NCBI GenBank assembly: GCA_964016885.1
Contig: OZ024762.1
Span: 29,388,001-29,452,000, forward strand
Direction of reading: 5' to 3'
Origin: Eledone cirrhosa
Taxonomy: Eukaryota
DNA: 64,000 nt
How positions within the stretch are numbered: position 1 is the first letter of the stretch; each line of letters opens with the position of its first letter. Shown here piece after piece: positions 23,790 through 36,129 of the stretch. The notes beneath the pieces are model-generated. The model worked only from the letters and a program-made list of their open reading frames with translations, had not been told where the DNA came from and searched no databases. The position numbers and the translations under genes were made by a program.

Positions 23790-26700
23790 TTGGTAGTAAG
23801 GGTAGAGGGTCAGATGTCATTTTAGGGTGGTGGGTTGGCAGTATTGGTAGAGGGTCAGATGTCAGGTTAGGGTGGTAGATTGGCAGTATTGGTAGAGGGT
23901 CAGATGTGAGGTTAGGGTGGTGGTTTGGCAGTAAGGGTAGAGGGTCAGATGTCAGGTTAGGGTGGTGGGTTGGCAGTAAGGGTAGAGGGTCAGATGTCAT
24001 GTTAGGGTGGTGGGTTTGCAGTATTGGTAGAGGGTCAGATGTCAGGTTAGGGTGGTGGGTTGGCAGTATTGGTAGAGGGTCACATGTCAGGTTAGGGTGG
24101 TGGTTTGGCAGTATTGGTAGAGGGTCAGATGTCATGTTAGGGTGGTGGTTTGGCAGTATTGGTAGAGGGTCAGATGTCATGTTAGGGTGGTGGTTTGGCA
24201 GTAAGGGTAGAGGGTCAGATATCATGTTAGGGTGGTGGGTTGGCAGTAAGGGTAGAGGGTCAGATGACATGTTAGGGTGGTGGGTTGGCAGTATTGGTAG
24301 AGGGTCAGACGCCATGTTAGGGTGGTGGGTTGGCAGTATTGGTAGAGGGTCAGATGTCATGTTAGGGTGGTGGGTTGGCAGTATTGGTAGAGGGTCAGAT
24401 GTCATGTTAGGGTGGTGGGTTGGCAGTATTGGTAGAGGGTCAGATGTCAGGTTAGGGTGGTGGGTTGGCAGTAAGAGTAGAGGGTCAGATGTCAGGTTAG
24501 GGTGGTGGGTTGCCAGTATTGGTAGAGGGTCAGATGTCAGGTTAGGGTGGTGGGTTGGCAGTATTGGTAGAGGGTCAGATGTCAGGTTAGGGTGGTGGGT
24601 TGGCAGTATTGGTAGAGGGTCAGATGTCAGGTTAGGGTGGTGGGTTGGCAGTAAGGGTAGAGGGTCAGATGTCAGGTTACGGTGGTGGGTTGGCAGTATT
24701 GGTAGAGGGTCAGATGTCATGTTAGGGTGGTGGGTTGGCAGTATTGGTAGAGGGTCAGATGTCATGTTAGGGTGGTGGGTTGGCAGTATTGGTAGAGGAT
24801 CAGATGTCATGTTAGGGTGGTGGGTTGGCAGTAAGGGTAGAGGGTCAGATCTCAGGTTAGGGTGGTGGGTTGGCAGTATTGGTAGAGGGTCAGATGTCAG
24901 GTTAGGGTGGTGGGTTGGCAGTAAGGGTAGAGGGTCAGATGTCAGGTTAGGGTGGTGGGTTGGCAGTAAGGGTAGAGGGTCAGATGTCAGGTTATGGTGG
25001 TGGGTTGGCAGTATTGGTAGAGGGTCAGATGTCAGGTTAGGGTGGTGGGTTGGCAGTATTGGTAGAGGGTCAGATGTCAGGTTAGGGTGGTGGGTTGGCA
25101 GTATTGGTAGAGGGTCAGATGTCAGGTTAGGGTGGTGGGTTGGCAGTAAGGGTAGAGGGTCAGATGTCAGGTTATGGTGGTGGGTTGGCAGTAAGGGTAG
25201 AGGGTCAGATGTCAGGTTAGGGTGGTGGGTTGTCAGTAAGGTTAGAGGCTCAGATGTCAGGTTAGGGTGGTGGGTTGTCAGTAAGGGTAGAGGGTCAGAT
25301 GTCAGGTTAGGGTGGTGGGTTGGCAGTAAGGGTAGAGGGTCAGATGTCAGGTTAGGGTGGTGGGTTGGCAGTAAGGGTAGAGGGTCAGATGTCAGGTTAG
25401 GGTGGTGGGTTGGCAGTAAGGGTAGAGGGTCAGATGTCATGTTAGGGTGGTGGGTTGGCAGTAAGGGTAGATGGTCAGATGTCATGTTAGGGTGGTGGGT
25501 TGGCAGTAAGGGTAGAGGGTCAGACACCATGTTAGGGTGGTGGGTTGGCAGTAAGGGTAGAGGGTCAGATGTCATGTTAGGGTGGTGGGTTGGCAGTAAG
25601 GGTAGAGGGTCAGATGTCAGGTTAGGGTGGTGGGTTGTCAGTAAGGGTAGAGGGTCAGATGTCAGGTAAGGGTGGTGGGTTGGCAGTAAGGGTAGAGGGT
25701 CAGATGTCATGTTAGGGTGGTGGGTTTGCAGTATTGGTAGAGGGTCAGATGTCAGGTTAGGGTGGTGGTTTGGCAGTATTGGTAGAGGGTCAGATGTCAT
25801 GTTAGGGTGGTGGTTTGGCAGTAAGGGTAGAGGGTCAGATGTCAGGTTAGGGTGGTGGGTTGGCAGTATTGGTAGAGGGTCATATGTCAGGTTAGGGTGG
25901 TGGGTTGGCAGTAAGGGTAGAGGGTCAGACACCATGTTAGGGTGGTGGGTTGGCAGTAAGGGTAGAGGGTCAGATGTCAGGTTAGGGTGGTGGGTTGGCA
26001 GTAAGGGTAGAGGGTCAGATGTCAGGTTAGGGTGGTGGGTTGGCAGTAAGGGTAGAGGGTCAGATGTCAGGTTAGGGTGGTGGGTTGGCAGTATTAGTAG
26101 AGGGTCAGATGTCAGGTTAGGGTGGTGGGTTGGTAGTAAGGGTAGAGGGTCAGATGTCATTTTAGGGTGGTGGGTTGGCAGTATTGGTAGAGGGTCAGAT
26201 GTCAGGTTAGGGTGGTAGATTGGCAGTATTGGTAGAGGGTCAGATGTGAGGTTAGGGTGGTGGTTTGGCAGTAAGGGTAGAGGGTCAGATGTCAGGTTAG
26301 GGTGGTGGGTTGGCAGTAAGGGTAGAGGGTCAGATGTCATGTTAGGGTGGTGGGTTTGCAGTATTGGTAGAGGGTCAGATGTCAGGTTAGGGTGGTGGGT
26401 TGGCAGTATTGGTAGAGGGTCACATGTCAGGTTAGGGTGGTGGTTTGGCAGTATTGGTAGAGGGTCAGATGTCATGTTAGGGTGGTGGTTTGGCAGTATT
26501 GGTAGAGGGTCAGATGTCATGTTAGGGTGGTGGTTTGGCAGTAAGGGTAGAGGGTCAGATATCATGTTAGGGTGGTGGGTTGGCAGTAAGGGTAGAGGGT
26601 CAGATGTCATGTTAGGGTGGTGGGTTGGCAGTATTGGTAGAGGGTCAGACGCCATGTTAGGGTGGTGGGTTGGCAGTATTGGTAGAGGGTCAGATGTCAT

Positions 26701-28470
26701 GTTAGGGTGGTGGGTTGGCAGTATTGGTAGAGGGTCAGATGTCATGTTAGGGTGGTGGGTTGGCAGTATTGGTAGAGGGTCAGATGTCAGGTTAGGGTGG
26801 TGGGTTGGCAGTAAGAGTAGAGGGTCAGATGTCAGGTTAGGGTGGTGGGTTGCCAGTATTGGTAGAGGGTCAGATGTCAGGTTAGGGTGGTGGGTTGGCA
26901 GTATTGGTAGAGGGTCAGATGTCAGGTTAGGGTGGTGGGTTGGCAGTAAGGGTAGAGGGTCAGATGTCAGGTTAGGGTGGTGGGTTGGCAGTATTGGTAG
27001 AGGGTCAGATGTCATGTTAGGGTGGTGGGTTGGCAGTATTGGTAGAGGGTCAGATGTCATGTTAGGGTGGTGGGTTGGCAGTATTGGTAGAGGATCAGAT
27101 GTCATGTTAGGGTGGTGGGTTGGCAGTATTGGTAGAGGGTCAGATGTCAGGTTAGGGTGGTGGGTTGGCAGTAAGAGTAGAGGGTCAGATCTCAGGTTAG
27201 GGTGGTGGGTTGGCAGTATTGGTAGAGGGTCAGATGTCAGGTTAGGGTGGTGGGTTGGCAGTAAGGGTAGAGGGTCAGATGTCAGGTTAGGGTGGTGGGT
27301 TGGCAGTAAGGGTAGAGGGTCAGATGTCAGGTTATGGTGGTGGGTTGGCAGTATTGGTAGAGGGTCAGATGTCAGGTTAGGGTGGTGGGTTGGCAGTATT
27401 GGTAGAGGGTCAGATGTCAGGTTAGGGTGGTGGGTTGGCAGTATTGGTAGAGGGACAGATGTCAGGTTAGGGTGGTGGGTTGGCAGTAAGGGTAGAGGGT
27501 CAGACACCATGTTAGGGTGGTGGGTTGTCAGTAAAGGTAGAGGGTCAGATGTCAGGTTATGGTGGTGGGTTGGCAGTAAGGGTAGAGGGTCAGATGTCAG
27601 GTTAGGGTGGTGGGTTGTCAGTAAGGGTAGAGGCTCAGATGTCAGGTTAGGGTGGTGGGTTGTCAGTAAGGGTAGAGGGTCAGATGTCTGGTTAGGGTGG
27701 TGGGTTGGCAGTAAGGGTAGAGGGTCAGATGTCAGGTTAGGGTGGTGGGTTGGCAGTAAGGGTAGAGGGTCAGATGTCAGGTTAGGGTGGTGGGTTGGCA
27801 GTAAGGGTAGAGGGTCAGATGTCATGTTAGTGTGGTGGGTTGGCAGTAAGGGTAGAGGGTCAGATGTCATGTTAGGGTGGTGGGTTGGCAGTAAGGGTAG
27901 AGGGTCAGACACCATGTTAGGGTGGTGGGTTGGCAGTAAGGGTAGAGGGTCAGATGTCATGTTAGGGTGGTGGGTTGGCAGTAAGGGTAGAGGGTCAGAT
28001 GTCAGGTTAGGGTGGTGGGTTGTCAGTAAGGGTAGAGGGTCAGATGTCAGGTAAGGGTGGTGGGTTGGCAGTAAGGGTAGAGGGTCAGATGTCATGTTAG
28101 GGTGGTGGGTTTGCAGTATTGGTAGAGGTTCAGATGTCAGGTTAGGGTGGTGGTTTGGCAGTATTGGTAGAGGGTCAGATGTCATGTTAGGGTGGTGGTT
28201 TGGCAGTAAGGGTAGAGGGTCAGATGTCAGGTTAGGGTGGTGGGTTGGCAGTATTGGTAGAGGGTCATATGTCAGGTTAGGGTGGTGGGTTGGCAGTAAG
28301 GGTAGAGGGTCAGACACCATGTTAGGGTGGTGGGTTGGCAGTAAGGGTAGAGGGTCAGATGTCAGGTTAGGGTGGTGGGTTGGCAGTAAGGGTAGAGGGT
28401 CAGATGTCAGGTTAGGGTGGTGGGTTGGCAGTAAGGGTAGAGGGTCAGATGTCAGGTTAGGGTGGTGGGT
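23790..28470 (+). repeat. Higher-order repeat, period 2340-2385 bp (52-53 units), two diverged copies; related to the block at about 7630-11240
   Basis: The TAGAT stop variant recurs at 23878/26218 (+2340) and the CAGGTAAG variant at 25669/28054 (+2385). The same marker order occurs at 7723, 9559 and 10108. Confidence 0.8.
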
Positions 28471-30884
28471 TGGCAGTATTGGTAAAGGGTCAGATGTCAG
28501 GTTAGGGTGGTGGGTTGGCAGTAAGGGTAGAGGGTCAGATGTCAGGTTAGGGTGGTGGGTTGGCAGTATTGGTAGAGGGTCAGATGTCAGGTTAGGGTGG
28601 TGGGTTGGCAGTAAGGGTAGAGGGTCAGATGTCATGTTAGGGTGGTGGGTTGGCAGTATTGGTAGAGGGTCAGATGTCAGGTTAGGGTGGTGGGTTGGCA
28701 GTAAGGGTAGAGGTTCAGATGTCAGGTTAGGGTGGTGGGTTGGCAGTATTGGTAGAGGGTAGGATGTCATGTTAGGGTGGTGGGTTGGCAGTATTGGTAG
28801 AGGGTCAGATGTCAGGTTAGGGTGGTGGGTTGGCAGTAAGGGTAGAGGGTCAGATGTCAGGTTAGGGTGGTGGGTTGGCAGTAAGGGTAGAGGGTCAGAT
28901 GTCAGGTTAGGGTGGTGGGTTGGCAGTAAGGGTAGAGGGTCAGATGTCAGATTAGGGTGGTGGGTTGGCAGTATTGGTAGAGGGTCAGATGTCAGGTTAG
29001 GGTGGTGGGTTGGCTGTAAGGGTAGAGGGTCAGATGTCAGGTTAGGGTGGTGGGTTGGCAGTATTGGTAGAGGGTCAGATGTCATGTTAGGGTGGTGGGT
29101 TGGCAGTATTGGTAGAGGGTCAGATGTCAGGTTAGGGTGGTGGGTTGGCAGTAAGGGTAGAGGGTCAGACACCATGTTAGGGTGGTGGGTTGGCAGTAAG
29201 GGTAGAGGATCAGATGTCAGGTTAGGGTGGTGGGTTGGCAGTAAGGGTAGAGAGTCAGATGTCATGTTAGGGTGGTGGGTTGGCAGTAAGGGTAGAGGGT
29301 CAGACACCATGTTAGGATGGTGGGTTGGCAGTAAGGGTAGAGGATCAGATGTCAGGTTATGGTGGTGGGTTGGCAGTAAGGGTAGAGGGTCAGATGTCAG
29401 GTTAGGGTGGTGGGTTGGCAGTAAGGGTAGAGGGTCAGATGTCAGGTTAGGGTGGTGGTTTGGCAGTATTGGTAGAGGGTCAGATGTCATTTTAGGGTGG
29501 TGGGTTGGCAGTAAGGGTAGAGGGTCAGATGTCATGTTAGGGTGGTGGGTTGGCAGTAAGGGTAGAGGTCAGATGTCAGGTTAGGGTGGTGGGTTGGCAG
29601 TATTGGTAGAGGGTCAGATGTCAGGTTAGGGTGGTGGGTTGGCAGTAAGGGTAGAGGGTCAGACACCATGTTAGGGTGGTGGGTTGGCAGTAAGGGTAGA
29701 GGGTCAGATGTCAGGTTAGGGTGGTGGGTTGGCAGTAAGGGTAGAGGGTCAGATGTCAGGTTAGGGTGGTGGGTTGGCAGTAAGGGTAGAGGGTCAGATG
29801 TCAGGTTAGGGTGGTGGGTTGGCAGTATTGGTAGAGGGTCAGATGTCAGGTTAGGGTGGTGGGTTGGCAGTAAGGGTAGAGGGTCAGAGGTCATGTTAGG
29901 GTGGTGGGTTGGCAGTATTGGTAGAGGGTCAGATGTCAGGTTAGGGTGGTGGGTTGGCAGTAAGGGTAGAGGGTCAGATGTCAGGTTAGGGTGGTGGGTT
30001 GGCAGTATTGGTAGAGGGTCAGATGTCAGGTTAGGGTGGTGGGTTGGCAGTAAGGGTAGAGGGTCAGATGTCAGGTTAGGGTGGTGGGTTGGCAGTATTG
30101 TTAGAGGGTCAGATGTCATGTTAGGGTGGTGGGTTGGCAGTATTGGTAGAGGGTCAGATGTCAGGTTAGGGTGGTGGGTTGGCAGTAAGGGTAGAGGGTC
30201 AGATGTCATGTTAGGGTGGTGGGTTGGCAGTATTGGTAGAGGGTCAGATGTCAGGTTAGGGTGGTGGGTTGGCAGTATTGGTAGAGGGTCAGATGTCAGG
30301 TTAGGGTGGTGGGTTGGCAGTATTGGTAGAGGGTCAGATGTCATGTTAGGGTGGTGGGTTGGCAGTATTGGTAGAGGGTCAGATGTAAGGTTAGGGTGGT
30401 GGGTTGGCAGTAAGGGTAGAGGGTCAGATGTCATGTTAGGGTGGTGGGTTGGCAGTATTGCTAGAGGGTCAGATGTCATGTTAGGGTGGTGGGTTGGCAA
30501 TATTGGTAGAGGGTCAGATGTCAGGTTAGGGTGGTGGGTTGGCAGTAAGGGTAAAGGGTCAGATGTCATTTTAGTGTGGTGGGTTGGCAGTATTGGTAGA
30601 GGGTCAGATGTCATGTTAGGGTGGTGGGTTGGCAGTATTGGTAGAGGGTAAGATGTCAGGTTAGGGTGGTGGGTTGACAGTAAGGGTAGAGGGTCAGATG
30701 TCATGTTAGGGTGGTGGGTTGGCAGTATTGGTAGAGGGTCAGATGTCAGGTTAGGGTGGTGGGTTGGCAGTACTGGTAGAGGGTCAGATGTCAGGTTAGG
30801 GTGGTGGGTTGGCAGTAGGGGTAGAGGGTCAGATGTCATGATAGGGTGGTGGGTTGGCAGTAAGTGTAGAGGGTCAGATGTCAG

Positions 30885-31090
30885 GTTAGGGTGGTGGGTT
30901 GGCAGTATTGGTAGAGGGTCAGGTTAGGGTGGTGGGTTGGCGGTAAGGGTAGAGGGTCAGATGTCAGGTTAGGGTGGTGGGTTGGCAGTATTGGTAGAGG
31001 TTCAGGTTAGGGTGGTGGGTTGACGGTAAGGGTAGAGGGTCAGATGTCAGGTTAGGGTGGTGGGTTGGCAGTATTGATAGAGGGTCAGGT
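30885..31090 (+). repeat. Local 83-bp (38+45) dimeric sub-repeat containing three 38-bp truncated units
   Basis: GGGTCAGATGTCAGG is shortened to GGGTCAGG/GGTTCAGG at about 30922, 31005 and 31088, spaced 83 bp apart. Confidence 0.9.
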
Positions 31091-34000
31091 TAGGGTGGTG
31101 AGTTGGCAGTAAGGGTAGAGGGTCAGATGTCAGGTTAGGGTGGTGGGTTGGCAGTAAGGGTAGAGGGTCAGATGTCAGGTTAGGGTGGTGGGTTAGCAGT
31201 AAGGGTAGAGGGTCAGATGTCAGGTTAGGGTGGTGGGTTGGCAGTATTGGTAGAGGGTCAGATGTCAGGTTAGGGTGGTGGGTTGGCAGTAAGGGTAGAT
31301 GGTCAGATGTCAGGTTAGGGTGGTGGGTTGGCAGTATTGGTAGAGGGTCAGATGTCAGGTTAGGGTGGTGGATTGGCAGTAAGGGTAGAGGCTCAGATGT
31401 CAGGTTAGGGTGGTGGGTTGGCAGTATTGGTAGAGGGTCAGATGTCAGGTTAGGGTGGTGGATTGGCAGTAAGGGTAGAGGGTCAGATGTCAGGTTAGGG
31501 TGGTGGGTTGGCAGTATTGGTAGAGGGTCAGATGTCAGGTTAGGGTGGTGGATTGGCAGTAAGGGTAGAGGGTCAGATGTCAGGTTAGGGTGGTGGGTTG
31601 GCAGTAAGGGTAGAGGGTCAGATGTCAGGTTAGGGTGGTGGGTTGGCAGTAAGGGTAGAGGGTCAGATGTCAGGTTAGGGTGGTGGGTTGGCAGTATTGG
31701 TAGAGGGTCAGATGTCAGGTTAGGGTGGTGGGTTGGCAGTATTGGTAGAGGGTCAGATGTTAGGTTAGGGTGGTGGGTTGGCAGTATTGGTAGAGGGTCA
31801 GATGTCAGGTTAGGGTGGTGGGTTGGCAGTAAGGGTAGAGAGTCAGACACCATGTTAGGGTGGTGGGTTAGCAGTAAGGGTAGAGGGTCAGACACCATGT
31901 TAGGGTGGTGGGTTGGCAGTAAGGGTAGAGGGTCAGATGTCAGGTTAGGGTGGTGATTTGGCAGTAAGGGTAGAGGGTCAGATGTCAGGTTAGGGTGGTG
32001 GGTTGGCAGTATTGGTAGAGGGTCAGATGTCATGTTAGGGTGGTGGATTGGCAGTAAGGGTAGAGGGTCAGATGTCAGGTTAGGGTGGTGGGTTGGCAGT
32101 ATTGGTAGAGGGTCAGATGTCAGGTTAGGGTGGTGGGTTGGCAGTATTGGTAGAGGGTCAGATGTCAGGTTAGGGTGGTGGGTTGGCAGTATTGGTAGAG
32201 GGTCAGATGTCAGGTTAGGGTGGTGGGTTGGCAGTAAGGGTAGAGGGTCAGACACCATGTTAGGGTGGTGGGTTGGCAGTAAGGGTAGAGGGTCAGATGT
32301 CATGTTAGGGTGGTGGGTTGGCAGTAAGGGTAGAGGGTCAGATGTCAGGTTAGGGTGGTGGGTTGTCAGTAAGGGTAGAGGGTCAGATGTCAGGTAAGGG
32401 TGGTGGGTTGGCAGTAAGGGTAGAGGGTCAGATGTCATGTTAGGGTGGTGGGTTTGCAGTATTGGTAGAGGGTCAGATGTCAGGTTAGGGTGGTGGTTTG
32501 GCAGTATTGGTAGAGGGTCAGATGTCATGTTAGGGTGGTGGTTTGGCAGTAAGGGTAGAGGGTCAGATGTCAGGTTAGGGTGGTGGGTTGGCAGTATTGG
32601 TAGAGGGTCATATGTCAGGTTAGGGTGGTGGGTTGGCAGTAAGGGTAGAGGGTCAGACACCATGTTAGGGTGGTGGGTTGGCAGTAAGGGTAGAGGGTCA
32701 GATGTCAGGTTAGGGTGGTGGGTTGGCAGTAAGGGTAGAGGGTCAGATGTCAGGTTAGGGTGGTGGGTTGGCAGTAAGGGTAGAGGGTCAGATGTCAGGT
32801 TAGGGTGGTGGGTTGGCAGTATTGGTAAAGGGTCAGATGTCAGGTTAGGGTGGTGGGTTGGCAGTAAGGGTAGAGGGTCAGATGTCAGGTTAGGGTGGTG
32901 GGTTGGCAGTATTGGTAGAGGGTCAGATGTCAGGTTAGGGTGGTGGGTTGGCAGTAAGGGTAGAGGGTCAGATGTCATGTTAGGGTGGTGGGTTGGCAGT
33001 ATTGGTAGAGGGTCAGATGTCAGGTTAGGGTGGTGGGTTGGCAGTAAGGGTAGAGGTTCAGATGTCAGGTTAGGGTGGTGGGTTGGCAGTATTGGTAGAG
33101 GGTAGGATGTCATGTTAGGGTGGTGGGTTGGCAGTATTGGTAGAGGGTCAGATGTCAGGTTAGGGTGGTGGGTTGGCAGTAAGGGTAGAGGGTCAGATGT
33201 CAGGTTAGGGTGGTGGGTTGGCAGTAAGGGTAGAGGGTCAGATGTCAGGTTAGGGTGGTGGGTTGGCAGTAAGGGTAGAGGGTCAGATGTCAGATTAGGG
33301 TGGTGGGTTGGCAGTATTGGTAGAGGGTCAGATGTCATGTTAGGGTGGTGGGTTGGCAGTATTGGTAGAGGGTCAGATGTCAGGTTAGGGTGGTGGGTTG
33401 GCAGGAAGGGTAGAGGGTCAGACACCATGTTAGGGTGGTGGGTTGGCAGTAAGGGTAGAGGATCAGATGTCAGGTTAGGGTGGTGGGTTGGCAGTAAGGG
33501 TAGAGAGTCAGATGTCATGTTAGGGTGGTGGGTTGGCAGTAAGGGTAGAGGGTCAGACACCATGTTAGGATGGTGGGTTGGCAGTAAGGGTAGAGGATCA
33601 GATGTCAGGTTATGGTGGTGGGTTGGCAGTAAGGGTAGAGGGTCAGATGTCAGGTTAGGGTGGTGGGTTGGCAGTAAGGGTAGAGGGTCAGACACCATGT
33701 TAGGGTGGTGGGTTGGCCGTAAGGGTAGAGGGTCAGATGTCATGTTAGGGTGGTGGGTTGGCAGTAAGGGTAGAGGGTCAGATGTCATGTTAGGGTGGTG
33801 GTTTGGCAGTAAGGGTAGAGGATCAGATGTCAGGTTAGGGTGGTGGTTTGGCAGTATTGGTAGAGGGTCAGATGTCATTTTAGGGTGGTGGATTGGCAGT
33901 AAGGGTAGAGGGTCAGATGTCATGTTAGGGTGGTGGGTTGGCAGTAAGGGTAGAGGGTCAGATGTCAGGTTAGGGTGGTGGGTTGGCAGTATTGGTAGAG

Positions 34001-35273
34001 GGTCAGATGTCAGGTTAGGGTGGTGGGTTGGCAGTAAGGGTAGAGGGTCAGACACCATGTTAGGGTGGTGGGTTGGCAGTAAGGGTAGAGGGTCAGATGT
34101 CAGGTTAGGGTGGTGGGTTGGCAGTAAGGGTAGAGGGTCAGATGTCAGGTTAGGGTGGTGGGTTGGCAGTATTGGTAGAGGGTCAGATGTCAGGTTAGGG
34201 TGGTGGGTTGGCAGTAAGGGTAGAGGGTCAGAGGTCATGTTAGGGTGGTGGGTTGGCAGTATTGGTAGAGGGTCAGATGTCAGGTTAGGGTGGTGGGTTG
34301 GCAGTAAGGGTAGAGGGTCAGATGTCAGGTTAGGGTGGTGGGTTGGCAGTATTGGTAGAGGGTCAGATGTCAGGTTAGGGTGGTGGGTTGGCAGTAAGGG
34401 TAGAGGGTCAGATGTCAGGTTAGGGTGGTGGGTTGGCAGTATTGTTAGAGGGTCAGATGTCATGTTAGGGTGGTGGGTTGGCAGTATTGGTAGAGGGTCA
34501 GATGTCAGGTTAGGGTGGTGGGTTGGCAGTAAGGGTAGAGGGTCAGATGTCATGTTAGGGTGGTGGGTTGGCAGTATTGGTAGAGGGTCAGATGTCAGGT
34601 TAGGGTGGTGGGTTGGCAGTATTGGTAGAGGGTCAGATGTCAGGTTAGGGTGGTGGGTTGGCAGTATTGGTAGAGGGTCAGATGTCATGTTAGGGTGGTG
34701 GGTTGGCAGTATTGGTAGAGGGTCAGATGTCAGGTTAGGGTGGTGGGTTGGCAGTAAGGGTAGAGGGTCAGATGTCATGTTAGGGTGGTGGGTTGGCAGT
34801 ATTGCTAGAGGGTCAGATGTCATGTTAGGGTGGTGGGTTGGCAATATTGGTAGAGGGTCAGATGTCAGGTTAGGGTGGTGGGTTGGCAGTAAGGGTAGAG
34901 GGTCAGATGTCATTTTAGTGTGGTGGGTTGGCAGTATTGGTAGAGGGTCAGATGTCATGTTAGGGTGGTGGGTTGGCAGTATTGGTAGAGGGTAAGATGT
35001 CAGGTTAGGGTGGTGGGTTGGCAGTAAGGGTAGAGGGTCAGATGTCATGTTAGGGTGGTGGGTTGGCAGTATTGGTAGAGGGTCAGATGTCATGTTAGGG
35101 TGGTGGGTTGGCAGTATTGGTAGAGGGTCAGATGTCAGGTTAGGGTGGTGGGTTGGCAGTACTGGTAGAGGGTCAGATGTCAGGTTAGGGTGGTGGGTTG
35201 GCAGTAGGGGTAGAGGGTCAGATGTCATGATAGGGTGGTGGGTTGGCAGTAAGTGTAGAGGGTCAGATGTCAG

Positions 35274-35480
35274 GTTAGGGTGGTGGGTTGGCAGTATTGG
35301 TAGAGGGTCAGGTTAGGGTGGTGGGTTGGCGGTAAGGGTAGAGGGTCAGATGTCAGGTTAGGGTGGTGGGTTGGCAGTATTGGTAGAGGTTCAGGTTAGG
35401 GTGGTGGGTTGACGGTAAGGGTAGAGGGTCAGATGTCAGGTTAGGGTGGTGGGTTGGCAGTATTGATAGAGGGTCAGGTT
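35274..35480 (+). repeat. Second copy of the 83-bp (38+45) sub-repeat cluster
   Basis: Same three deletions at about 35311, 35394 and 35477 with the same linked variants (GGCGG, GACGG, ATTGATAG). Confidence 0.9.
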
Positions 35481-36129
35481 AGGGTGGTGAGTTGGCAGTA
35501 AGGGTAGAGGGTCAGATGTCAGGTTAGGGTGGTGGGTTGGCAGTAAGGGTAGAGGGTCAGATGTCAGGTTAGGGTGGTGGGTTAGCAGTAAGGGTAGAGG
35601 GTCAGATGTCAGGTTAGGGTGGTGGGTTGGCAGTATTGGTAGAGGGTCAGATGTCATGTTAGGGTGGTGGGTTGGCAGTATTGGTAGAGGGTCAGATGTC
35701 AGGTTAGGGTGGTGGATTGGCAGTAAGGGTAGAGGCTCAGATGTCAGGTTAGGGTGGTGGGTTGGCAGTATTGGTAGAGGGTCAGATGTCAGGTTAGGGT
35801 GGTGGATTGGCAGTAAGGGTAGAGGGTCAGATGTCAGGTTAGGGTGGTGGGTTGGCAGTATTGGTAGAGGGTCAGATGTCAGGTTAGGGTGGTGGATTGG
35901 CAGTAAGGGTAGAGGGTCAGATGTCAGGTTAGGGTGGTGGGTTGGCAGTAAGGGTAGAGGGTCAGATGTCAGGTTAGGGTGGTGGGTTGGCAGTAAGGGT
36001 AGAGGGTCAGATGTCAGGTTAGGGTGGTGGGTTGGCAGTATTGGTAGAGGGTCAGATGTCAGGTTAGGGTGGTGGGTTGGCAGTATTGGTAGAGGGTCAG
36101 ATGTTAGGTTAGGGTGGTGGGTTGGCAGT

